NCBI GenBank assembly: GCA_951804945.1
Contig: OX638159.1
Location: 37,820,001 to 37,884,000, forward strand
Direction: 5' to 3'
Length of the DNA: 64,000 bases
From: Podarcis cretensis
Taxonomy: Eukaryota
Under the pieces are notes generated by a model. That model saw only the letters and a program-made list of their open reading frames with translations, searched no databases and had not been told where the DNA came from. Within the stretch, counting starts at the first letter, position 1; each line of letters begins with the position of its first letter. Made by a program: the position numbers and the translations under genes. Positions 27,053-37,092 of this stretch are shown one piece after another.

Positions 27053-27393
27053 AAAGGTAAAGGTAAAGGTACCCCTGCCCATACGGGCCAGTCTTGACAG
27101 ACTCTGGGGTTGTGCGCCCATCTCACTCAAGAGGCCAGGGGCCAGCGCTGTCCGGAGACACTTCCGGGTCACGTGGCCAGCGTGACATCGCTGCTCTGGC
27201 GCCGTTTACCTTCCCGCTGGTAAGCGGTCCCTATTTATCTACTTGCACCCGGAGGTGCTTTCGGACTGCTAGGTTGGCAGGCGCTGGGACCGAACGGCGG
27301 AAGCGCACCCCACCGCAGGGATTCGAACCGCCGACCTTTCGATCGGCAAGTCCTAGGCGCTGAGGCTTTAACCCACAGCGCCACCTGCGTCCC
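27053..27393 (-). mobile_element. Sauria SINE, near full length with small internal deletion
   Basis: (AAAGGT)n at the left end, ...CCTGCGTCCC at the right end; TSD ACAGTAC at 27046-27052 and 27395-27401. Confidence 0.92.
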
Positions 27394-28397
27394 AACAGTA
27401 CAAAAGCCCATACTAAGTAAGAGACATAAAACTGTTATCCAAAGATGGTATTTTGGAAGGAATGTAGTTGTCTTCCACTGCAGCCAGTGTTTGGGTTCAA
27501 CAGTAGGATCAAACTCTGGTTTACTATCCTGGTTTGCAGGCCAACACAAAACATGGTTTTACCACTTCAGATGACAAAGTATAGTTTGCCCAAAATCAAT
27601 AATTACTTATTAATTACTCTGAGTATGCAAGAGGAGAGTGCATGAACCAGAGGCTCCTTCTATACAACTGACTAACCATGGCTATTTCCTTGAAGACTGC
27701 ATTAAGTGTCACATAACAAGAGTAAACAAGAAGAACAGAAATGTGGAACCCAAAGGAGGAAAGAGTGTAATTAGCCAGCCTCAGAACAAACTGATACCAT
27801 ATTCTCCAAGCCGTTTATGTCCACAGAAAATAAACTGGCATAATATACAGCATTATTCCTGGCGATCCAGGGCAAAACAAATTCTCTCCCTAAAATGCCT
27901 TTCCCAAGTGAACCTTCTATGACATTACCCTTGGAATTTTGCTTAAGCAACCTCTGCAAATTGCAGATCACAGGTTTCAGTTCATATGCAAGAGTGTGAG
28001 GCATATGTTAAGTTTTTATGAAAAGGTATTGGTCAGCATTCATCAACCTGGTGCCCTCCGGCCTTATAGGAAGCTGCTGCAGGAGAAGGACTGCAAGCAA
28101 CATCATGGGAAGGATGTTTCTAGGACTAAGGTAAAACTGTGAAGTCCCCTTGTTATTTTTGCTACTGGATCCTGCATGCCATTTAACTAATCTTGTTATA
28201 TTTATAGTACTGAAATGTGGTTTGTGAATGTTGTTATGTTTTTGTTTTGCCAGGTTATTATGATATTGTAGTTTTTGCTTGAAATGCACTCCTATTTCTT
28301 TGTTGTAATCCACTTCAAGCACGACTTTTTTGTGGAACAGCAGCATACAAATAAATGGAATGGATGAATGAATATTTTGGGATGCTACTTCTATTAG

Positions 28398-28460
28398 GTA
28401 AAGGTAAAGGACCCCTGGATGGTTAAGTCCGGTCAAAGGCGACTGTGGGGTTGTGGACAC
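28398..28460 (-). mobile_element. Sauria SINE / Bov-B-related 3' tail fragment
   Basis: GGTAAAGGTAAAGGACCCCTG...GACTGTGGGGTTG. Confidence 0.6.
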
Positions 28461-28679
28461 TCAACCTGGAGGGCATCAAGTTGGCAAATGCTGGTTTTGA
28501 ATAATCCTCCAACTTCATTCACTTCCAATATATATCTTTATCTTACCATTCTGGAAATGACACATAGTTTCCCCAAAAAAATTTAAAGAATGAAACAGTT
28601 ATTCTGCAATTTTAGTCTTACAAGTCTTCTGAGAAGACATCACTATGAATGTTTTCATAATTCAGCTGACTCCCAACAG

Positions 28680-30148
28680 TAATAATAATAATAATAATTT
28701 ATTATTTATACCCCGCCCATCTGGCTGGGCCTCCCCAGCCACTCTGGGCGGCTTCCATAGAAAGCAAAAATACAATAAAATATCACACGTTAAAAACTTC
28801 CCTGAACAGGGCTGCCTTAAGATGTCTTCTGAATGTCAGGTAGTTGTTAATCGCTTTGACATCTGCTGGAAGGGCGTTCCACAGGGCGGGCGCCACTACC
28901 GAGAAGGCCCTCTGCCTGGTTCCCTGTAGCTTTACTTCTCGCAGTGAGGGAACCGCCAGAAGGCCCTCGGCGCTAGACCTCAGCGTCCGGGCAGAATGAT
29001 GGGGGTGGAGACGCTCCTTCAGGTATACTGGACCGAGGCCGTTTAGGGCTTTAAAGGTCAGCACCAACACTTTGAATTGTGCTCGGAAACGTACTGGGAG
29101 CCAATGTAGGTCTTTCAAGACCGGTGTTATATGGTCTCGGCGGCCGCTCCCAGTCACCAGTCTAGCTGCCGCATTCTGGATTAGTTGTAGTTTCCGAGTC
29201 ACCTTCAAAGGTAGCCCCACGTAGAGTGCATTGCAGTAGTCCAAGCGGGAGATAACCAGAGCATGCACCACTCTGGCGAGACAGTCCACAGGCAGATAGG
29301 GTCTCAGCCTACGTACCAGATGGAGCTGGTAAACAGCTGCCCTGGACACAGATTTGATCTGTGCCTCCATGGACAGCTGTGAGTCCAAAATGACTCCCAG
29401 GCTGCGCACCTGGTCCTTCAGGGGCACAGTTACCCCATTCAGGACCAGGGAATTCTCCACACCTGCCCGCCTCCTGTCCCCCAAAAACAGCACTTCTGTC
29501 TTGTCAGGATTCAACCTCAATCTGTTAGCCGCCATCCATCCTCCAACCGCCTCCAGACACTCACACAGGACCTCCACCGCCTTCACTGGTTCTGATTTAA
29601 AGGAGAGGTAGAGCTGGGTATCATCCGCATACTGATGAACACCCAGCCCAAACCTCCTGATGATCTCTCCCAGCGGCTGCATGTAAATGTTGAAAAGCAT
29701 GGGGGAGAGGACAGAACCCTGAGGCACCCCACAAGTGAGAGCCCAGGGGTCTGAACACTCATCCCCCACCACCACTTTCTGAACACGGCCCAGGAGGAAG
29801 GAGCGGAACCACTGTATGACAGTGCCCCTAGCTCCCAGCCCCTCAAGACAGTCCAGAAGGATGTTATGGTCGATGGTATCAAACGCCGCTGAGAGATCCA
29901 GCAGAACTAGGAAACAGCTCTCACCTTTGTCCCTAGCCCGCCGAAGATCATCAACCAGTGCGACCAAGGCAGTTTCAGTCCCATGATGAGGCCTGAATCC
30001 CGACTGGAAGGGATCCAAATGGTCCGCTTCTTCCAGGCGTGCCTGGAGTTGTTCGGCCACCGCTCGCTAAATCACCTTGCCCAAGAATGGAAGATTTGAA
30101 ACTGGGCGATAGTTGGCCATCGTGGCCGCATCTAAAGATGGTTTTTTA
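28680..30148 (-). mobile_element. L2-clade LINE, 5'-truncated, fused at its 5' end to a PMS2 retrocopy
   Basis: Reads KKPSLDAATMANYRPVSNLPFLGKVI*RAVAEQLQ..QSGFRPHHGTETAL..LLDLSAAFDTIDH..GVPQGSVLSP..YADD..REVFNV*. One nonsense codon (TAG 30069-30067). AATAAA at 28703-28698, followed by the (ATT)n tail. Confidence 0.95.
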
Positions 30149-32122
30149 TTCTCCTGGGCTAATTTTTGCCCTGAATTTTCTGAATTTTAGTGCTGCTTCT
30201 TTCTTCTCCTCTTCCTGGCTTAGCTTCTTTACCCTGTCCATCAGTGCGCTCAGAGAAAACTCCAACGGTACAGTTTTCTTCTCCAGTTCCACAGGTATGT
30301 CGTACTGTGATAGGACTGAAGAACCCCGGTCATTCTCAGTCTTTGACGGAGTGGCCACCTGAGAAAGAGGCTGGCTCATCTTAAAACGTTTCATTTTGGG
30401 GGGTGAACTGTCTGCCTGCTGGGATAATTGGCTCTCTTTACTTTGGTTCAATTTGCATTCAGCTCCCCAGAAATCTCCCCTCGTCTCAAGACTGCCACTT
30501 TGAACTTCTCTGAAAACAGAGAAATCTTCAAGAGGTGAGCCAATTGTGTTTTCACAGCTGGAACAGCCACCATTTTCTGGCGTGCTTAAACCCACTTCCG
30601 ATTCTGCTGAGGTGCTCCCACAACCAGAATCTCTATCTTCTGCCGATTTCTTGAGTTTTTTGCCCGAAAGCATGAATGTACTTGGATCCTCCTCTCTTCC
30701 ACACTTCGCCTCTTTGCTGGAGCCAGTCTTCTTATTCGGAGAATCCAAAATGCTAAAAAATGCCGGAAGTTCTTTCTGCCCAGAGGAACTTTGTTGACGT
30801 TTGGCATTTTCAACACCATGAAAACGGGCCTTTTTCACTTGGTGGAGAGAAAATGATTCCCTAAGTTTGGCAACAGTGATTGCTGTTTTTTCTTTTGCGC
30901 TCAGATTCTGAGAGGAGGAGCCACGTGAAGTTTCCAAGGCAGGGCTTTCTGCCTCTTCTCGAAGCACTGTGAAATTTCCTTTAATATCTGGCAATGTATG
31001 GTTGACGATGAGTTTGTTAACATCACTGCCAAACATTCCCAACATTGAAGTCTTTAGAGTCGCCAATAGAAGTTTCTCTTCCTGCAACATTATTTGCCTT
31101 TTGTCAGGCGTCACATTGATGTCAACACATTCGGAATTTGCACATATATTAAGAGCCACAAACGGATACTGGTGTCTGTTGTACATGTGGTACACTTCAT
31201 TCACAACTTTGGAAACCTTGCCTGCATCACAGGGCCGCTGGTTGATAAAGAAGAACTGCCTGTCTGTGGTACTTCTCCCGACACCATGATCGCAATGGGA
31301 AACAAAGCCTGTGATAATATAAAAATTGGCTGGCATATCAGAAACATTCAGGCCGTATTCTTCACAGACAGCATCACTAGGGGGTAGCTGAATGAAAGGA
31401 ACCAAGCTCTGCACCTGCTTTGGTCCAAATATTGCTCCAATGTTTTCTTTTAAGTTTGAGCTCCCACTGGTGCACACCACAGCTTGCTTCTTCCCTTGGC
31501 CAACCTGATTGGTGCAGTTAATACGAACTCCTGTTGAAATGATACAGTATGCTTGTAACACGTGGACCATTTTTGCATACTCCTTCTTAATGTTGCGCTG
31601 AAATTCCTTATGTCGTACTGGCAAGGTATAAAATAACTGCTGCACACTGACAGTCGTCCCCTGTTGTCGTGGGCAGGGGGTCCTCAGAGTGATTTTCCCA
31701 CTGTCAAATACCAAGCGTGTGCCAACCTTTGCAGATTTGTGACAAGTAATGATGGAAACTTCACTCAATGCACACAGGGAACTCAGAGCTTCACCTCGAA
31801 AGCCAAATGTTTCAACACGTGTAAGGTCAGAAAAGTCTTGTATCTTAGAAGTATAGTGTTTCAGAGTCAAGCCTGCGAAGTTCTCTTCTTCTACACCACA
31901 ACCGTTATCAGAAACTTCAATAAGGTCTGCTCCATAATCTTTAAGTTTCACTTCAACACTGGTAGCACCGGCATCTATGCTATTTTCCACCAGTTCTTTC
32001 ACCGCAGTACACAGATTCAGCACCACCTGTCCTGAACAAATCCGATGGACAGATTTCTGGTCTATTGGTTTGATAGCTTTAGAAGGCTGGTCCCTAGGAA
32101 GAGCAAGCTCCAGATTTTGCAT
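30146..32122 (-). pseudogene. PMS2: PMS2 retrocopy (exons 2-11 joined, no introns) with an open 658-codon frame from ATG 32122; C-terminal MutL domain absent; possible retrogene
   Basis: [93 protein letters not shown] and FRAKISPGE match vertebrate PMS2. No introns, stops or frameshifts over about 1.95 kb. Stop TAA created at the L2 junction. Confidence 0.93.
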
Positions 32123-33019
32123 AGTCTTTTTAATTACTAGAGCTACTTCGTTTAAATCAATTCTAAAGGCACAAACTGGGCAATAGTAAACACACACCCC
32201 TTGCCCTTTCACAAGGAACTCTTATATCTGTCATTTTCACAGCAGGAGAACAAAACCAGCCACATCACAGATAAATAGTTCACACAAACCCCCTATTGCC
32301 AATGGTAATTTTGCTGTGTTAGGTCACTATTCTTTTTTGCTTAGCATAGGCAAATTTCCCATGCTGAACAAGTGGATCAAATTTTGCTTTCTTGTTACTA
32401 AACTCCTTTGAGCTACTGACAGCAGATATAATTATTTGCCTGAAATATACAAACAGAACCATGTTCTTTACAGATCTGAAGCTTCTATGGGGAATAAAAA
32501 GCTTAAACAACATTCTTCAGATTGCTTTACAATCTTTATCGTCAGGATTCTCAATGCCACTTACACTGCCCAAATCCTTCAGAGACAACAATGCATGCAA
32601 GTCATATTTTGTTTACATTTTAAAGTTGGGAATGAACAAGTAGACAAAGAGACTAGCTCAAGGTTACACAGAGTAGATCAGAATAAGAAGATAAATTTTC
32701 CTCACTAACTTAGTAAGCAAATACATATACTTCTGTACAGTTTGAATTTTATTTACTTATTCCGCTGTCAACATCCATGTCTTTATTTATATTTTTTGCA
32801 TAGACTTTATTTATGCATTTCAGTAATAAATACAAATAAACTGCCTTGCTCAAAGGAATACCCTATTCCTCCCTCCCACCTCCCCATTCATTCCAAGTGT
32901 ATATATAATTTACAAAGAAATTTAAGAAATCATGTGTAAGGACAATTGTAGGCATTGGGTGATACCATGTTCATTGTTTCAGCAGATTCCACCAGATTCC
33001 TATGTGCCATATATTAAAG

Positions 33020-36000
33020 GCAGTGTCCTCTTCCGCCAGTTATAAAAACAGTTAGAATCTGGCCAGAGGGCGCTTTCAGTCAGCTCCAGGATTGGCGCAT
33101 GTTTGAACATCAAGAGCTGCACAGATACACGCTGTACTTTCTTATATTAAAGTGTGCACCGATAATGTAACAACAGAGAGGTGCATTAGAGTCTATGGGA
33201 ACTGCAAACCCTGGATGACTGCTTAAGTAAGGTCACTCCTGAAAGCTCGGGATACTGCCTTCAAGGCAGGGAATATAGATATATACAGAGGGGCAAGAAC
33301 AAAGCTCAGGAAAGGCATTAAGGGGGCAAAACAACAATATAAGCTTAAGGTGGAGAATTGCCTAGCCTATAACAACACGAAACAAGTGTGGCAGGGACTG
33401 CAGCATCTAACTAACTACAACAGCAATACGAGGAACACTGTTAAGGCTGATGATTTGTTGGCAGAAGAGCTGAACATCTTCTTCGCCTGCTATGAGGTAA
33501 AAAGATCAGGTATCATAGCTCCTGCTTGCCAGCCCACAAATTCTCAGCCACTTATTCTATATGACCATCAAGTGAAAGTTGCATTGAGGGCGGTGAATCC
33601 CAGTAAAGCTGCAGGTCCAGATGGGGTGCTGGGGATAGTGCTGCCGATCAAGTAGCAGGGGTCCTGACAAGGATTTTTAACATCTCTCTGCAAACCACTT
33701 GTGTTCCATCATGTTTGAAAGCAGCCACCATTGTCCCAGTCCCAAAGAAAACAGCAACTAACTGCCTAAATGACTACAGACCTATTGCATTAATATCTGC
33801 AATGATGAAATGCTTCGAGAGATTGGTCCTTCAACACCTTAGGACATGTCTTCCACCGGATTTTAATAAACATCAGTTCGCCTATAGGAGAAACAGATGA
33901 TGCCATAGCTACAGCCTTTCACCTTGCAATGAGTCATCTGGAGAGACCGGGGAATTATGCTAGAATGTTGTTTATTGATTATAGCTCGGCTTTTAATACC
34001 ATCATTCTGGACATTCTTATAAAAAACCTGCCTGAACTAGACCTTTCTTCTACCGTCTGTGACTGGATTAAAGTCTTTCTAAGGGATCGGACACAAACAG
34101 TGAGGATTGGTCCTGTTACATCTACCTCCCTGAAGCTCAGCACTGGCACCCCACAGAGATGTGTGCTGAGTCTCTACCTGTACTCGTTGTATACATATGA
34201 CTGTATTTCATCTGATCCATCCACTGCAATTATTAAGTTTGCAGATGATACTACCACAATGGGTCTAAATACAGGTGGAGATGAATCAGCGTACAGTGGG
34301 GAGGTTCAAAAAGTATCTACATGGTGCCTAGAGAATAACTTGCACCTAAATATTAGCAAGACAAATGAGATGGTGTTGGACTTTCGGAGGAAGAGGGGAA
34401 CTAGCCCCGTTGTATATTGGGGGGGGAGTTGTGTGGAGACAGTCACTTCCTTTAAATTCCTGGGGAGTTTACCTTAGTGAAGACCTTACTTGGAAAAACA
34501 ATATAACTCAGGTGGTTAGGAAGGCCCAACAGAGACTCCATTTCCTCAGGGTCTTGTGAAAGAACAATGTTTTTTTCTTCTCAGAAAAGAAAAACCACCT
34601 CTGAAATAAATGCATTTTAAGCTTGTTGGGGGGGGGGGGACATTGTTGAATGCCTGCCACACAGGTGTTTTGTGCTTTTGAATTCTTTCTCCAATTCCTT
34701 GTTCTTATTTGCCAGATCCTGATATTGTTGCCAAAAGCAAATCGAGATTTGTAAAGATTGTATTTTTAGGGAAGTGAAAACCCGTGTCCGTAACGTAGGC
34801 TTGATCATCTCTTTCCTCCTTGGTTTCCTTTCTCTTTTTGCCAAGCCCTTCATCATTCTTTTCTTCCCGTGTGCCATAGACCAGTTTCTTTCCAGTGTTT
34901 AATATTTTGTGGAATTGATGTCAGCTTGGGTGTTGAGATAGCCGGCTGTCCACCTTGCTTCTTAGATCCTCGTAGCTCTCCAGGCCGCTCCCTCCTTGGG
35001 GGTCTTTGCCTAGCTGAAGATGTGCCCCTGAACTCTGTTTGTGCCTCTTTGCGCCCCTTGGCTTTCTCTCCCTTTGCCTCTTTGGTTTTCTTGGCCGCTG
35101 CAAGCGCCTTGGCCTCTGCCTGGGGGGCCCCTCGTCCTCAGCCCCCCGTCTTGCTTTCTTTAGACACAGCTTTCTGGCGGGCACCGGGTGTGTTTGCCAG
35201 GAAGGCCTTGGAAGAGCTCTGTTTCTTGAGGATTTGGGCCTCTTTCTCTCCCCCCCCCGGGGGGACTTCCTAGCCTTGGGCTTCGCTGGAGGTTTGCCTG
35301 GATGCTTGCTAGCTTTCGCCTTGGTACTCTTGCTGGAAGCCTCCTCCTCCTTCTCCCCTTCTGCGATTGCTCCCAGCCTCGGTTTCTCCACAGGAACCTT
35401 TGCCTTGGGATTCTTGGCCGCTTTCTTCAGTGTGGGCGCTGTTTTTCCATCCGAATCCGAATGCTTTTCCTGGCTCTTCTTTCCCTTGGCTTCCTCTGTG
35501 CCCAGCTTGAATCTCCCTGTGGCCCCCAGTGCGGAAGAGTTTTGTGGCCAGATGAGGCAGCCCCCTTTTCAGGCCTCTGGCCAGGGCCATCTTCGGGCAA
35601 ATGGGGTCCACCCCGGGGTAGCTGCTCAGGATGTAGCGCTTTATGGCCACGACAGAGACCCCCTTGTGCTCATCCAGGGTCTTCGCCTCCATCACCATGG
35701 TCATCATGGGCGGGTTGGGGCGGTTCAGGGAGGGCCGGGGGCTGCCCAGCGAGGCAGAGGACTTGGCTGCTGACAACGCCTCCATTACATGCAGCTGCTC
35801 AACTCTTCCTCCCCTTCCCACCTCGTGAAAGAACATTGTTAAACAACAATTGATGACTTCCTTCTACTGGTCCACATTAGAAAGTGTCCTCTCATATTGT
35901 ATCACAGTGGTGGAATGTTGGCTTGACAGCCACGGACAGAAAGTCTTTACAGAGGATGGTGAACACAGCACATGATATCATGGGCTGTCCCCTGAGCCCG

Positions 36001-36346
36001 CTAGACAACATCGCAAGGGATCGTTGCCTTAGGAGAGCGAGAAAAATTCTCAGGGACGATTCACACCCCGGCCAGCACCTCTTTAATCTTCTACCCTCGG
36101 GCAGGAGATATAGAAGTATAATCAGTCGTACCAACAGGCTAAAAACAGTTTCTATCTGTGGGCTGTTAGGCTGCTGAACGGAAAATAATATAGTGCAACT
36201 GACTTTCAGGGTTGGTGTGTTGTGCAACAAGCACACAGAATGCAATGATGTTGAGTGTATGTGGGGGGAGAGGCTCGGTTAATTTCACTGTACACAGGTT
36301 GTACATTTGACAATAAAGGTATAATTAATAATAATAATAATAATAA
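33020..36346 (+). mobile_element. Rex1/Babar-type LINE, 5'-truncated and decayed, interrupted at 34572-35824
   Basis: Fragments [111 protein letters not shown] and (AAT)n tail at 36312-36346. Several stops and frameshifts. Left end approximate. Confidence 0.88.
34572..35824 (-). pseudogene. H1-8: Processed pseudogene of oocyte-specific linker histone H1.8 (H1FOO/B4)
   Basis: From ATG 35785: PPMMTMVMEA-KTLDEHKGVSVVAIKRYILSSYPGVD...KMALARGLKRGL, then a frameshift to LIWPQNSSALGATGRFKL (H1oo-type globular domain) and a long K/A/P/E-rich tail with further frameshifts. Intronless; short A tract. 16-bp TSD GTGAAAGAACA(A/T)TGTT at 34556-34571 and 35825-35840. Confidence 0.85.
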
Positions 36347-36779
36347 TATATCCATGCATTTTCTTAACTCATATCTTTTTAAGTATTTCATCATACAATA
36401 TTTATAGTATAAACTTACACGGGTGTGTGAACACAGCATGGTTTAAATAGTTAATGGCAAAGACTAGTGTACTTATAATCATTAACTACATACATACCCA
36501 CAACTGGGGGGAGTTGATATAAAGGAAATAAGGAAAGACCTGGAACTAGATGTGGTCTCAGCCACCACTGGAAAGCAACCAGCCATGATCCCTGGCTTAG
36601 CATTATGTTAGGGACAGGAATCATGGTTTGCTTTGCTCCCAACAAACCACAATCTGCAGTCAAAGTTTCTTTTCGTCTTACTGGTTATCATTTGTTAAGA
36701 TGAAATAAACTGGAACCCCTGGCTTGGTATGTTTCATCCCAGCCACCAACTGGAAGCAAAGAAACTTCTTCAGACAATA

Positions 36780-37092
36780 TAGAATTAACTTTAGGAATTA
36801 ATTCCACAAAATATGGCGATGGCCAGAAGCTTAGATGACTTCAAAAAGCTATTAGACAAAGAATACAGGGCTATCAATTCCTATTAGTTTTGATGGCTAT
36901 ACAGCACATGAATGTTCAGATTCACTATGCCTCTTGAGTACCACTTGCTGGGTGTGAGGTTAAACAACAGGATCAGCTTGTAATCGCAACACCCTGGCTT
37001 GTGGGTTTCCTAGAAGCATCTGGCTAGCCACTGATAGAAACAAAAAAGTGGACAAGTTGTTATTCTTGGTATGATCCAGTAGAGAGCTCTTT
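36780..37092 (+). mobile_element. Old CR1-type LINE 3' fragment
   Basis: GATGGCCAGAAGCTTAGATGACTTCAAAAAGCTATTAGACAAA resembles the CR1 ORF2 end, followed by a CR1-like 3'UTR. Boundaries approximate. Confidence 0.5.

Noticed and set aside
28640-28679. CAGCTGAA..ATGAA beyond the L2 tail as a continuation of PMS2 (AAEDE)
   Set aside because: The similarity is under 15 nt, does not extend and contains stops. Treated as chance.
28783-32122. In-frame PMS2-reverse transcriptase fusion protein
   Set aside because: The junction is out of frame by 1 nt and creates TAA, and the L2 frame has a TAG at 30069-30067.
30146-32212. The 688-aa ORF as the real PMS2 gene
   Set aside because: Vertebrate PMS2 has many introns. 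This copy has none, lacks the C-terminal domain and ends in L2. The track's first 30 codons start at GTG and are not homologous.
34869-35853. Plus-strand ORFs of 134-244 aa
   Set aside because: Antisense shadows of the Lys/Ala-rich H1.8 pseudogene.
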